A stretch of DNA of 64,000 nucleotides from positions 414,831 to 478,830 of the forward strand of contig JAOAGL010000001.1 in assembly GCA_026415775.1 (NCBI GenBank), read 5' to 3'. A program made the translations under genes and the position numbers. This DNA is from Patescibacteria group bacterium (GTDB lineage: Bacteria; Patescibacteriota; Minisyncoccia; UBA6257; JAAZHW01). This document shows, piece by piece, positions 24,821 through 35,030 of the stretch; within the stretch, counting starts at the first letter, position 1, and every line of letters begins with the position of its first letter. Below the pieces are notes generated by a model. The model saw only the letters and a program-made list of their open reading frames with translations. It did not search any database and was not told the origin of the DNA.

Positions 24821-26401
24821 TTGTTAAAAAGGTTTATAATGGAATTTAATATGTTCCGCTCATTATTGCAAAAAATCAAAAAACCAAAAATTTTTATTCC
24901 CCTAATCATTATCTTGATTTTTCTTGCGCTAATCGTCTATCAAATAGCGATTTCTAAAAATAAAAACAATTTTCAATTTGCCTCAGTTGAAAAAGGAAGT
25001 CTTAAAGAAATTGTTAGCACCACTGGTCGCGTGGTTTCTTCACAAAACGTTGATTTGTCATTTAAAAAATCTGGGCGAGTTGTTTATTTGAATGCGGATG
25101 TTGGAAAAAAAGTAAAAGCCTACTCCACTCTGGCCAAAATTGATTGTGCTGATTTAGAGCAAAATCTCAGGAATGCTGAAATACTTTTAGCTACCGCCCA
25201 AAATAATTTAGAAAAATTAAAATCACAATATCAACAATTACTTCGTGAAGACGCTCTTAATAAAAGCTATGAGGATGCTTTGATTATTTTAGCCAGTTTT
25301 TATCAACAAGCGCCAACAATTTTAGAAAATATCCGCGCTATTTATTTTGAAAATGATTTATCAGACGGAAGCAAAAATAATATTACATATTACTCAGATT
25401 ATAATTCCAGTTTTATTTTAACGCCGGCAAAAGCTGAAACTCTTTATAATGAAATTAAAAATTTACTTACCCAAGCTATTGATAAATATCAAATCGCTCA
25501 ACGTGGCAGCGGTGAAGAACGCTTCAACGCTATTGAAATCGGCTATTCGCTTTTAGTTAAAATAGCTGATTTAATTAAAACCGGACGCGATCCTATTATT
25601 TATCTTAATAATTTTCTCATTCAGAATAATTTAACACATAACAAAACTTCAACAATTACCAATCATCTCCAACAACTCACTACTTATTCTCAAACCATTG
25701 ATTCTTATCTTCAAAATCTTTTAATTATTCGCAATCAAATCAACACCCAAAAAGATTTGCTTAATAATTATCCTTTTGATATCAAAAGCCAAGAATTAAC
25801 TGTTAAACAATATCAAAATAATTTAGAAGATGCCCGCAATAAAGTGGCGGATTGTTATTTAACTGCTCCGTTTGATGGTGTTATTACTAAATTTGATTTG
25901 CAAATTGGTCAAATGGTTACTGCCAATATTCCTGTTGCTTCTTTAATTGCTGATAATCAATACGAGATTGAAACGCTTATTTCTGAAATTGATATTGCTA
26001 AAATTAAAGTTGGGAATAAAGCCAAAATAACTCTTGATGCTTATGGTCCCAATAAAATTTTTGAAGCGCAAGTTATTCATCTTGACCCTGCAGCAACATT
26101 AGTAGAAGGCGTGCCGACTTACAAAGCAAAATTACAATTTATTAATGTAAACAATGATGAAATAAAAGCAGGCATGTCGGCTAATATTGATATTATTACC
26201 CAAGAAAAAGAAAATGTTTTAATGATTCCCCGAAGAGCGGTAATTAGTTCAAATGGCACAAAAATGGTTCGTGTTTGGTATAAAGATGCAAAAACCATTG
26301 AAGAAAGAAAAGTAGAAACGGGTATTACCGGTGAGAATGCGATGGTTGAAATTTTAAACGGCCTCAATGAAGGCGAAATGATTATTGTTTCTGGTAAATA
26401 A
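24821..26401 (+). CDS. HlyD/MacA-family periplasmic adaptor (membrane fusion protein) of an ABC exporter; alternative leaderless start at 24851
   Basis: N-terminal TM, long coiled-coil, and C-terminal beta-barrel motifs (YLTAPFDGVITKFDLQIGQMV, VVETGITGENAMVEILNGLNEGEMIIVSG). A TATAAT lies 10 nt upstream of the ATG at 24851. Confidence 0.75.
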   Translation: MLKRFIMEFNMFRSLLQKIKKPKIFIPLIIILIFLALIVYQIAISKNKNNFQFASVEKGSLKEIVSTTGRVVSSQNVDLSFKKSGRVVYLNADVGKKVKAYSTLAKIDCADLEQNLRNAEILLATAQNNLEKLKSQYQQLLREDALNKSYEDALIILASFYQQAPTILENIRAIYFENDLSDGSKNNITYYSDYNSSFILTPAKAETLYNEIKNLLTQAIDKYQIAQRGSGEERFNAIEIGYSLLVKIADLIKTGRDPIIYLNNFLIQNNLTHNKTSTITNHLQQLTTYSQTIDSYLQNLLIIRNQINTQKDLLNNYPFDIKSQELTVKQYQNNLEDARNKVADCYLTAPFDGVITKFDLQIGQMVTANIPVASLIADNQYEIETLISEIDIAKIKVGNKAKITLDAYGPNKIFEAQVIHLDPAATLVEGVPTYKAKLQFINVNNDEIKAGMSANIDIITQEKENVLMIPRRAVISSNGTKMVRVWYKDAKTIEERKVETGITGENAMVEILNGLNEGEMIIVSGK

Positions 26402-26404
26402 ATT

Positions 26405-27118
26405 ATGATTTTAATAAAAGTTAATAATTTAGAGAAAAAATACTGTGATGATGGCACGGAAACAATTGCTTTAAAAAACATTTCTTTGGAAATAAAAAAT
26501 GGTGAATTTGTCGCTATAACAGGTCCCTCTGGTTCGGGTAAATCTACCCTACTCCATATTTTAGGGTTTTTAGATAAGCCAACCGCTGGAGAATATTTGT
26601 TTGAGAATCGCTCCATTTATGATTATTCCGAAGAAGAAATGGCAAAAATTCGCAACAAAAAAATGGGGTTTGTTTTTCAGCAATTTAATCTTTTGGCTAA
26701 AACCAGCGTACTGGAAAATGTAAAATTACCTCTCGTTTACTCTGATATTCCTGAAAAAGAATGGAATAAATTGGCTTATGAGGCTTTGAGTAAGGTTGGA
26801 TTAACACATCGCATTAATCATTTACCAAATCAATTATCCGGCGGCGAACAGCAAAGAGTGGCTATTGCTCGCGCCTTGGTTACCAATCCATTAGTTATTT
26901 TCGCTGATGAACCAACAGGCAATTTAGATAGTAAAGCAGGTCAACAGATTATGGCTACACTTCAACAATTAAATAATGAAGGTCATACAATTATTTTAAT
27001 CACTCACGAAACCTATACCGCCAAATGCGCTGAACGAATTATTAAATTATTTGATGGAGAAATTCAATCAGACACAATTAATAACGAACGCTTTGACGCG
27101 CTTCAATTTATTAAATAA
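26405..27118 (+). CDS. ABC transporter ATP-binding protein (MacB/LolD-like)
   Basis: Walker [12 protein letters not shown], signature [15 protein letters not shown], Walker [13 protein letters not shown]. Confidence 0.9.
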   Translation: MILIKVNNLEKKYCDDGTETIALKNISLEIKNGEFVAITGPSGSGKSTLLHILGFLDKPTAGEYLFENRSIYDYSEEEMAKIRNKKMGFVFQQFNLLAKTSVLENVKLPLVYSDIPEKEWNKLAYEALSKVGLTHRINHLPNQLSGGEQQRVAIARALVTNPLVIFADEPTGNLDSKAGQQIMATLQQLNNEGHTIILITHETYTAKCAERIIKLFDGEIQSDTINNERFDALQFIK

Positions 27119-27123
27119 ACATT

Positions 27124-28362
27124 ATGAAATTAAAAACCCTTTCGAAAATTGCTCTTGGTGGATTAAAAACGAATCGTTCTCGTTCTCTTTTAACTATTTT
27201 AGGAATTGTTATTGGCATTACCGCCATTATGATGGTGATGTCTATTGGTCAAGGAGCGCAAAATTTAATTTTAGCTCAGATGCAGGGATTGGGTGCTAAA
27301 GTAATTGCTGTTTTGCCCGGCCGCCAACCAAAAGGCTTTATGGATATTCTTTCTATTTTTTCTGATTCATTGAAAATCAAAGATGTTGAAGCATTAAAAA
27401 ATAAGAACAATGTTCCTCATTTAAATCGCATTATGCCTATTGTTTTTGGTAATGAATTGGTTTCTTTTGGTAGTCAAACCTATCGCGCTACTATTTTGGG
27501 AGTTTCTGAATATTTTAATGAAATTTATAATATCACTCTTGAAAAAGGCGAACCATTCACCGAAGATGATGTTAAAGCTTATGCGAATGTAGCAGTTATT
27601 GGTCACAAAGTTAAAGAACAATTATTTGGCGAAGATGAAACAATTGGCCAGAAGATTAAAATTAAAAATCAAGTGTTTAAAGTAGTGGGAGTAATTGGAC
27701 AAAAAGGTCAGGGTACTTTCGTTAATTTTGATGATTTAATTATTATCCCCTACACCGCTGCTCAACAAAATCTTTTTGGAATTAAATATTACCATCGTAT
27801 TGCTATTGAAGTAGACAAAGAAGAAAACGTTGATATTACCGTTGAAGACATAAAACAAACATTGAGAGAATCACATAATATTCTTGATCCAGAGAAAGAT
27901 GATTTTTATATTCAAACCCAAAAAGAAGCCATCAAACAAACGCAAACAGTTACCAATACTTTAAAATACTTTCTAGCGGCAGTGGCAGCTATTTCTTTAA
28001 TTGTCGGCGGCGTTGGTATTATGAATATAATGCTCGTTTCGGTAACGGAAAGGACCAGAGAAATTGGATTAAGAAAAGCTCTGGGTGCCACACCAAAAGA
28101 AATTCTTCTTCAATTTTTATTGGAAGCAGTATTTTTAACAATGGCTGGCGGAATTATCGGGATTATTTTTGGCGCAGCCAATTCTTTAATTTCATCTATA
28201 GTTTTAAGTAAATTACTAGCAGTTAATTGGCAATTCACTTTTCCGATTGGCGCAATGTTTTTGGGATTAATCACTTCGGCTTTGATAGGTTTAATTTTTG
28301 GTTTATATCCAGCACGAAAAGCAGCTAAAAAATCTCCGATTGAGGCCCTGCGCTACGAATAA
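27124..28362 (+). CDS. ABC transporter permease (MacB periplasmic core plus FtsX domain)
   Basis: N-terminal TM, a large periplasmic domain, and a C-terminal FtsX-like 3-TM bundle (LVGGVGIMNIMLVSVTERTREIGLRKALGA). Confidence 0.85.
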   Translation: MKLKTLSKIALGGLKTNRSRSLLTILGIVIGITAIMMVMSIGQGAQNLILAQMQGLGAKVIAVLPGRQPKGFMDILSIFSDSLKIKDVEALKNKNNVPHLNRIMPIVFGNELVSFGSQTYRATILGVSEYFNEIYNITLEKGEPFTEDDVKAYANVAVIGHKVKEQLFGEDETIGQKIKIKNQVFKVVGVIGQKGQGTFVNFDDLIIIPYTAAQQNLFGIKYYHRIAIEVDKEENVDITVEDIKQTLRESHNILDPEKDDFYIQTQKEAIKQTQTVTNTLKYFLAAVAAISLIVGGVGIMNIMLVSVTERTREIGLRKALGATPKEILLQFLLEAVFLTMAGGIIGIIFGAANSLISSIVLSKLLAVNWQFTFPIGAMFLGLITSALIGLIFGLYPARKAAKKSPIEALRYE

Positions 28363-28445
28363 AAATTCTTGACAAAATTATTATAAAAATTAATCTCCAA
28401 TTTAGAGCCGTATGGCTTTAAAAATTTTTAATAAGGAGGTTTTTA

Positions 28446-28658
28446 ATGAAAAAAACGAGAAAAAAAAGAATTTATTTGGAGACGGAAATGAAATGCCCAA
28501 ATTGTTTAAATTTGTTACTGGAAATTGTTGATTTGCCCGTAGAAACCTGCAAAGAATCAGAAAATGACGAGCTGTTAATTGCAAAGAGAAGGGGTTATTA
28601 CTGCCCCGAATGCGGATCAAAATTTAGCAAAAGCCTATTCCCCGAAGACTCCCTTTAA
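28446..28658 (+). CDS. Small zinc-ribbon protein (CPxC...CPxC), hypothetical
   Basis: CPNC and CPEC pairs. Strong SD aaggagg 6 nt upstream, and its own terminator. Confidence 0.55.
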   Translation: MKKTRKKRIYLETEMKCPNCLNLLLEIVDLPVETCKESENDELLIAKRRGYYCPECGSKFSKSLFPEDSL

Positions 28659-28672
28659 GGGAGTCTTTTTAT
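28646..28672 (+). terminator. Rho-independent terminator overlapping the stop codon of the zinc-ribbon ORF
   Basis: agactccc-tttaa-gggagtct followed by ttttatt. Confidence 0.65.
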
Positions 28673-28755
28673 TAAAAATTTTTAGAAAATTTTTCTTAAA
28701 AAAATTTTTCTTTCTAATTTTTTTGTGTTAAAATTGAATAAAGAAATTTTTTAGT

Positions 28756-31700
28756 ATGAAAAAGTTTACTCATTTACATGTTCATAGTCATTATTCTTTG
28801 CTTGATGGCTTGGCAAAAATTGATGAACTGGTTTTGTATGCCAAAGAATTAGGATATGATGCTTTGGCTTTGACCGATCATGGTGCAATGTATGGCATTC
28901 CCGAGTTTTATAAAACCGCCACCGCAAATGGAATTAAACCAATTTTAGGTGTTGAGGTTTATGTTGCGTTGGAAAATCGTTTTCAAAAAAGAGCAAAAAT
29001 TGACAGCAAAAGCTATCATCTAACACTTTTAGCCAAAAATTATCAGGGTTATAAAAATTTAATGAAATTAATTACCCGCGCGCATTTGGAAGGTTTTTAT
29101 TACAAACCGCGCGTTGATAAAGAATTATTGGAAGAGTATAAAGAAGGTGTTATTGCTTTATCAGGCTGTTTGGCTGGCGAAATTCCAAGAAAAATCTTGG
29201 CTAATCGTTTAGATGAAGCTGAAGAAAAAATTAAAGAATATCAAAAAATTTTTGGTGAAGATTTTTATTTAGAAATTAATTATCATCCCAAAATCGAAGA
29301 ATCAAGAATTATTAAAGAGCAACTCATTAAATTGAGCAAAAAATTTAATATCCCAGCGGTTGCTACTTATGACACTCATTATTTAAAACCTGAGGATGCC
29401 GAAGCACATGATATTTTGCTAGCGGTTCAAACAGGTAATAAAGTTTTTGAAGAAGACCGACTTACTTTAAGCGCTGATGATTTTTCATTGTGCTCTCAGC
29501 AAACAATTGGAGAATTATTTTATGATTTCCCAGAAGCAATTGAAAATACGCAATTAATTGTTGATAAATGCGATGTTCAATTGGAGTTTGGCAAAACGCT
29601 TCTCCCCTATTTTGAAGTGCCGCTTGGTGAAACGCCAGAATCTTATTTAAAAAAATTGTGCGAAGAAAATTTACCAAAAAGATATAAAAATATAACACCT
29701 GAAATTCTTCAGCGATTTAATTATGAATTGGAAATTATTCAAAAAACTGGTTTTGCTTCTTATTTCTTAATTGTTCAGGATTTTGTTAATTGGGCAAAAT
29801 CGAATGGTATTGTTGTAGGCCCAGGTCGCGGTTCAGCTGCTGGCTCAATTGTTTCGTATTTGCTCAATATTACCGATATTGATCCAATAAAATATAACCT
29901 TCTTTTTGAGCGCTTTTTAAATCCCGAAAGAATTCAGATGCCTGATATTGATATGGATTTTGCTGATACGCGCCGCGATGAGGTTGTTCAATATTTAAGA
30001 AATAAATACGGCGAAAATCGCGTGGCGCAAATTATTACTTTTGGAACAATGGCAGCTAGAGCGGCTGTGCGCGATGCTGGAAGAGCGTTAGGATTAAGCT
30101 ATAGCTTCTGCGACACTATTGCTAAACTCATTCCATTTAACGCAACTTTAGATGAAGCTTTAAACAATGTTATTGAACTAAAAAATTTATATGAACGCGA
30201 CCAAGATGTAAAAAAATTAATTGACTCGGCTAAAAAATTGGAGGGTGTTGCTCGTCATGCTTCTATCCATGCTTGTGGCATTGTCATTACTCGCGAAGAA
30301 ATCACTAATTACACTCCACTGCAACGCGCTCCGCAAGATGAAAATTCCATCATCACGCAGTATGACATGTACTCTTTGGAATCGTTAGGTCTTTTAAAAA
30401 TGGATTTATTGGGTTTGCGTAATTTAACAATTATTGAAGACGCATTGAATTTAATCGAAAAAATTAATAATGTAAAGGTTGATTTTAATAACATTGACGA
30501 AAAAGATAAAAAAACTTTTGAGTTGCTTCAAAAAGGAGAAACAATTGGTGTTTTTCAATTAGAAAGTGCGGGCATGCGACGGTATCTTAAAGAATTAAAA
30601 CCGAACGATATGGAAGATTTAATTGCTATGATTTCACTTTATCGTCCTGGTCCGATGGATCTTATTCCGCAATATATCGCTCGAAAATATGGCCGTGAAA
30701 AAATAACTTATTTACATCCCAAACTTGAACCAATTCTTAAACCAACCCATGGTATTGCTATTTACCAGGAGCAATTATTACAGATTGCCCGCGATTTAGC
30801 AGGATTTACATTGGGCGAAGCTGATATTTTAAGACGCGCTATTGGCAAAAAAATAAAATCTCTTTTGGATGCGCAGAAACAAAAATTAATTCAAGGAATG
30901 GTGGAACGCGGAATTTCACAAGAAATCGCCGAGAAAATTTGGAATTTTATTGAACCCTTTGCTGAATATGGATTTAATCGAAGTCATAGCGCTTCTTATG
31001 CTCAAATTGCTTTTCGCACCGCCTATTTAAAAACGCATTATCCTTTGGAATTTATGGCGGCTTTAATGAATAATGAAGCAGTAGAGACAGAACGCACTGC
31101 TGAATTAGTTAATGAATGCCGCAGGATGAAAATTGAAATTTTGCCGCCAGATATTAATGAAAGCTTTGAAAAATTTTCCGTTGTAAAAGAAAAAGGCGCT
31201 ATTCGTTTTGGGTTATTAGCAATTAAAAATGTGGGCGCGGCAATTGTGGCAGATATTATTAGAGAAAGAAAAAATAATGGAACTTTTAAAGATATAAAAG
31301 ATTTTTTGCAGCGCATCTGTCATAAAGATTTAAATAAAAAGTCATTGGAAAGTTTAATTAAAGCCGGTGTTTTTGATTCATTGGCTGAGCGAGGAGAATT
31401 GCTTGACAATTTAGATAATTTGCTTGAATATAACCAAGAAGTGAAAAAAATCTCTATTAGTCCGCAAGTTAATCTTTTTAGCAAAGAAATGTCATTTCCT
31501 GCCCTGCGCTTGAAAAAATCTGATTATATGTCATTAGAACAAAAATTAAAATACGAAAAGGAATTGATGGGTATTTATATTTCTGACCATCCTGTAAAAA
31601 AATATGAGGAAAAGTTTAGAAAAATTGGCATTTATCCTTTGTCTCAAATTTCTGAAAAATTAATAAATAAAAAGGTTAAAATTGGAGGTGTTATCACTGA

Positions 31701-31914
31701 TATTAAAAAAATTTTAACCAAAAATGGCCGTTCAATGTTAACTGTTATAATAGAAGATACCAGCAGCAATGGAGAAATTACTGTTTTCCCTGATACACTC
31801 GAAAAAACCTTAACTTTCTGGAAAAAAGATAGTATAATCATCCTTGAAGGTCGGGTAAATAAAAATAACGATCATTTAAATATCGTTTGCGAAAAAATTT
31901 TAGCTTATAAATAA
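28756..31914 (+). CDS. dnaE: DNA polymerase III alpha subunit
   Basis: PHP domain HLHVHSHYSLLDG, and polymerase core motifs GFASYFLIVQDFVNWAK, PGRGSAAGS, PDIDMDF. Length 1052 aa. Confidence 0.95.
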   Translation: MKKFTHLHVHSHYSLLDGLAKIDELVLYAKELGYDALALTDHGAMYGIPEFYKTATANGIKPILGVEVYVALENRFQKRAKIDSKSYHLTLLAKNYQGYKNLMKLITRAHLEGFYYKPRVDKELLEEYKEGVIALSGCLAGEIPRKILANRLDEAEEKIKEYQKIFGEDFYLEINYHPKIEESRIIKEQLIKLSKKFNIPAVATYDTHYLKPEDAEAHDILLAVQTGNKVFEEDRLTLSADDFSLCSQQTIGELFYDFPEAIENTQLIVDKCDVQLEFGKTLLPYFEVPLGETPESYLKKLCEENLPKRYKNITPEILQRFNYELEIIQKTGFASYFLIVQDFVNWAKSNGIVVGPGRGSAAGSIVSYLLNITDIDPIKYNLLFERFLNPERIQMPDIDMDFADTRRDEVVQYLRNKYGENRVAQIITFGTMAARAAVRDAGRALGLSYSFCDTIAKLIPFNATLDEALNNVIELKNLYERDQDVKKLIDSAKKLEGVARHASIHACGIVITREEITNYTPLQRAPQDENSIITQYDMYSLESLGLLKMDLLGLRNLTIIEDALNLIEKINNVKVDFNNIDEKDKKTFELLQKGETIGVFQLESAGMRRYLKELKPNDMEDLIAMISLYRPGPMDLIPQYIARKYGREKITYLHPKLEPILKPTHGIAIYQEQLLQIARDLAGFTLGEADILRRAIGKKIKSLLDAQKQKLIQGMVERGISQEIAEKIWNFIEPFAEYGFNRSHSASYAQIAFRTAYLKTHYPLEFMAALMNNEAVETERTAELVNECRRMKIEILPPDINESFEKFSVVKEKGAIRFGLLAIKNVGAAIVADIIRERKNNGTFKDIKDFLQRICHKDLNKKSLESLIKAGVFDSLAERGELLDNLDNLLEYNQEVKKISISPQVNLFSKEMSFPALRLKKSDYMSLEQKLKYEKELMGIYISDHPVKKYEEKFRKIGIYPLSQISEKLINKKVKIGGVITDIKKILTKNGRSMLTVIIEDTSSNGEITVFPDTLEKTLTFWKKDSIIILEGRVNKNNDHLNIVCEKILAYK

Positions 31915-31918
31915 TTTT

Positions 31919-33679
31919 ATGAACAAAAATGAAAAAAATTTAGAAAAAATTCGACATTCTTTGAGTCATATAATGGCTGCGGCTGTTTCTCAACTTTATC
32001 CCAATGTTAAATTTGGAATAGGGCCGATTATTGAAAATGGTTTTTATTATGATTTTGATTTTGGTAAAGAAAAAATTGATGAATCGATTCTTTTAAAGTT
32101 AGAAAAAATGATAAGAGATTTATTAAATAACGACCTAAAATTCAAAAAGGAATTGGTTACTTATGCAAAGGCTAAAAAAATATTTCAAAATCAACCTTAT
32201 AAATTAGAATTAATAGAAGAATTAAAAAAACAAAAGAAACCCATCTCTATTTATAGAACTCTTAATGGCAAACAAGAAATTTTTGTAGATTTATGCGCTG
32301 GCCCGCATGTTGCCTCAACAAAAGTTATTAAAAAAGACGCTTTTAAATTAGAACGATTAGCTGGCGCTTACTGGCGCGGAGACGAAAAAAATCCAATGCT
32401 TATTCGTATTTATGGATTGGCTTTTAACACTAAAACAGAATTAGAAAATTATTTAAAAACATTAGAAGAAGCCAAAAAACGCGACCATCGAATTTTAGGA
32501 CAACAACTGGATTTATTTAGTTTTCATGAAGAATTCGGCCCAGGATTGGTCTATTGGCACCCTAAAGGAGGATTGATTCGAGTAATTATGGAGAACTTCT
32601 GGCGAGAAGCCCATTTAAAAAATGGGTATGATATTGTTTTTACTCCGCACGTTGGTAAATCAGATTTATGGAAAATCAGCGGGCACCTAAATTTTTATCG
32701 AGAAAATATGTACTCGCCAATGAAAATTGATGAGGATGAATATTTCATTAAACCAATGAATTGTCCTTTTCATATTCAAATATACAAAACGAAAATTCGC
32801 TCTTACAAAGATTTACCGTTGCGCTGGGCTGAATTAGGAACTGTTTATCGTTATGAAAAAGCTGGTGTTCTCCATGGATTATTACGCGTGCGTGGCTTTA
32901 CGCAGGATGATGCACACTTGATTTGTACGCCGGAACAAATGCCAAGTGAAATTAAAAAAGTTTTGGATTTTTCTATTTATATATTGCGGAGTTTTGGTTT
33001 TAATGACTTCGCAATTTATCTTTCAACAAAACCAAAAGATGCTATCGGCAATAATAAAAAATGGGATGACGCAACCAAAGCATTAGAAAAAGCCATTAAA
33101 AGTTCGAAGTTGCCTTATAAAGTTGATAAAGGAGGTGGTGCTTTTTATGGCCCCAAAATTGACATTAAAGTCAAAGATGCATTGGGACGCGAATGGCAAT
33201 GTTCAACAATTCAATTTGATTTTAATATGCCAGAAAAATTTGAAATGCGCTATATTGATAAAAACGGCAAACCTCAGCAACCTTATATGATTCATCGAGC
33301 ACTAATGGGTTCTTTGGAAAGATTTTTTGGCGCTCTCCTCGAACATTACGCCGGTGCCCTACCCTTCTGGCTTGCGCCTATCCAAATTAAAATCTTACCC
33401 GTGAGCGATAAATTTAATCATTTCGCCTATCAATTAAAAGAAAAGTTTGAAGAAAATAATTTTCGTGTTGAAATTGATGACAGTAATGAAACCATTAGCA
33501 AACGCATCAGAAACGCCGAAATAGAAAAAATTCCTTATATTCTTGTTGTTGGTCAGAAAGAAATGGATTCTGGTCAGTTGCCAATCCGCGAACGCTCTAA
33601 TCCAGAAATAAAATTGATGAATATTGAAAACTTTATTGAAATTTGTAAACAACAAATACCCAAACCAAAAAAACTTTAA
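31919..33679 (+). CDS. thrS: Threonyl-tRNA synthetase (lacks N-terminal TGS/editing extension)
   Basis: Class II motifs: HRALMGSLERFFGALLEHYAG, and a zinc-binding region CPFHIQ...H. C-terminal anticodon-binding domain. Confidence 0.85.
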   Translation: MNKNEKNLEKIRHSLSHIMAAAVSQLYPNVKFGIGPIIENGFYYDFDFGKEKIDESILLKLEKMIRDLLNNDLKFKKELVTYAKAKKIFQNQPYKLELIEELKKQKKPISIYRTLNGKQEIFVDLCAGPHVASTKVIKKDAFKLERLAGAYWRGDEKNPMLIRIYGLAFNTKTELENYLKTLEEAKKRDHRILGQQLDLFSFHEEFGPGLVYWHPKGGLIRVIMENFWREAHLKNGYDIVFTPHVGKSDLWKISGHLNFYRENMYSPMKIDEDEYFIKPMNCPFHIQIYKTKIRSYKDLPLRWAELGTVYRYEKAGVLHGLLRVRGFTQDDAHLICTPEQMPSEIKKVLDFSIYILRSFGFNDFAIYLSTKPKDAIGNNKKWDDATKALEKAIKSSKLPYKVDKGGGAFYGPKIDIKVKDALGREWQCSTIQFDFNMPEKFEMRYIDKNGKPQQPYMIHRALMGSLERFFGALLEHYAGALPFWLAPIQIKILPVSDKFNHFAYQLKEKFEENNFRVEIDDSNETISKRIRNAEIEKIPYILVVGQKEMDSGQLPIRERSNPEIKLMNIENFIEICKQQIPKPKKL

Positions 33680-33687
33680 TCTCCCAA

Positions 33688-34632
33688 ATGTCTAATCAAC
33701 AAAAAATAAAAAATAAAAATGGTTTAAAAAAGAAACCAAAAATTGTAGTTATTTTAGGCCCTAATGCTTCAGGAAAATCGGATCTAGCTGTAGCTTTAGC
33801 AAAAAAATTTAACGGTGAAATTATATCGGCTGATTCGCGGCAAGTTTATAAGGAAATGGATATTGGAACTGGCAAAGTGCCATTACAGAAGAAAAAAGAT
33901 GGTCTTTTTTATAAAGGTATAGAACATTATCTTATTGACGTTGTTTCCCCTAAAAAAATTTTTACTGTAACTGATTATCAAAAATTGGGAAAAGAAGCTA
34001 TTAAAGAAATTTTAAATAAAAATAAATTACCAATTATTTGTGGAGGCACAGGTTTTTATATTGATGCTTTAATTTATGAATATCAATTTCCCAACGTCAA
34101 ACCAAATCCTCAATTAAGAAAAAAGTTGGATAAATTAACAACCGAGAAATTATTTCAAAAACTCAAAAAATTAGACCCAAAATATGCTAAAAAAATGGAT
34201 CCATTTAATCGTCGACGTCTTATTAGAGCTTTAGAAATTATTTTAACACTTAAAAAACCCATGCCGCCGCTTAAAAAATCATCGCCATATGAAGTTTTAA
34301 AAATTGGTGTTTATCGTTCAGCGCAAGAATTAAAAAAACGAATTGAAAAACGTTTAATTAAAAGATTAGAGGAAGGGATGATTGAAGAAATAAAAAAAAT
34401 CCGTCAAAAAGGAGTTTCATGGAAAAGATTATATGATTTTGGATTAGAATACCGCTATATCAGTTTATATTTACAAAAGAAATTAACTTATTCAGAAATG
34501 TTTGAACAATTAAAAACCAAAATCTGGCAGTATGCTCGCCGCCAGATGATTTGGTTTAGGAAAGATAGTGAAATTAGATGGATATCAAATATCAAAACAG
34601 CAGAAAGGCTAATTAAAAAATTTCTAGAATAA
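33688..34632 (+). CDS. miaA: tRNA dimethylallyltransferase MiaA
   Basis: P-loop ILGPNASGKSDLAVALA, ISADSRQVYKEMDIGTGK. Confidence 0.9.
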   Translation: MSNQQKIKNKNGLKKKPKIVVILGPNASGKSDLAVALAKKFNGEIISADSRQVYKEMDIGTGKVPLQKKKDGLFYKGIEHYLIDVVSPKKIFTVTDYQKLGKEAIKEILNKNKLPIICGGTGFYIDALIYEYQFPNVKPNPQLRKKLDKLTTEKLFQKLKKLDPKYAKKMDPFNRRRLIRALEIILTLKKPMPPLKKSSPYEVLKIGVYRSAQELKKRIEKRLIKRLEEGMIEEIKKIRQKGVSWKRLYDFGLEYRYISLYLQKKLTYSEMFEQLKTKIWQYARRQMIWFRKDSEIRWISNIKTAERLIKKFLE

Positions 34633-34639
34633 TATCCGC

Positions 34640-35011
34640 TTATAACCTTTTTAATTCTTCCAATCTTTGCTCTATTTCTTTTAATTCTTTTTCTCTTTCT
34701 TTAATTTTTTCAATTAATTCCTTAGCCTCCTCTGCCATTTTTTCTAATTCCACAGCCTTTCTCAATCTCTCTTCTTGTTCCTCCATTTCAGCTAAAACTT
34801 TTTGATGGCGCTCGTTTAATTCCCGCCATTCTCTATCGAACTCTTCTTGTAAGATTCTTTTTTTTATATCTGTATCCGGCTCAATTCTTTTTAATTGCCC
34901 TTCTTCTTCCTCAAATTCAACAAAATCAGCCGCAGTTCGTTGTTCCATTCTCTTTTTTTCCTCTTCTCTCTTTTTTAATTTTTCCAAAATATCTTTGCGA
35001 AATTCTTCCAT
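34640..35011 (-). CDS. Highly charged coiled-coil protein (E/K/R-rich), hypothetical
   Basis: 123 aa with heptad-like EEKKR repeats. No motif. Confidence 0.4.
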   Translation of the reverse strand: MEEFRKDILEKLKKREEEKKRMEQRTAADFVEFEEEEGQLKRIEPDTDIKKRILQEEFDREWRELNERHQKVLAEMEEQEERLRKAVELEKMAEEAKELIEKIKEREKELKEIEQRLEELKRL

Positions 35012-35030
35012 ATATTTATATTATACCAAA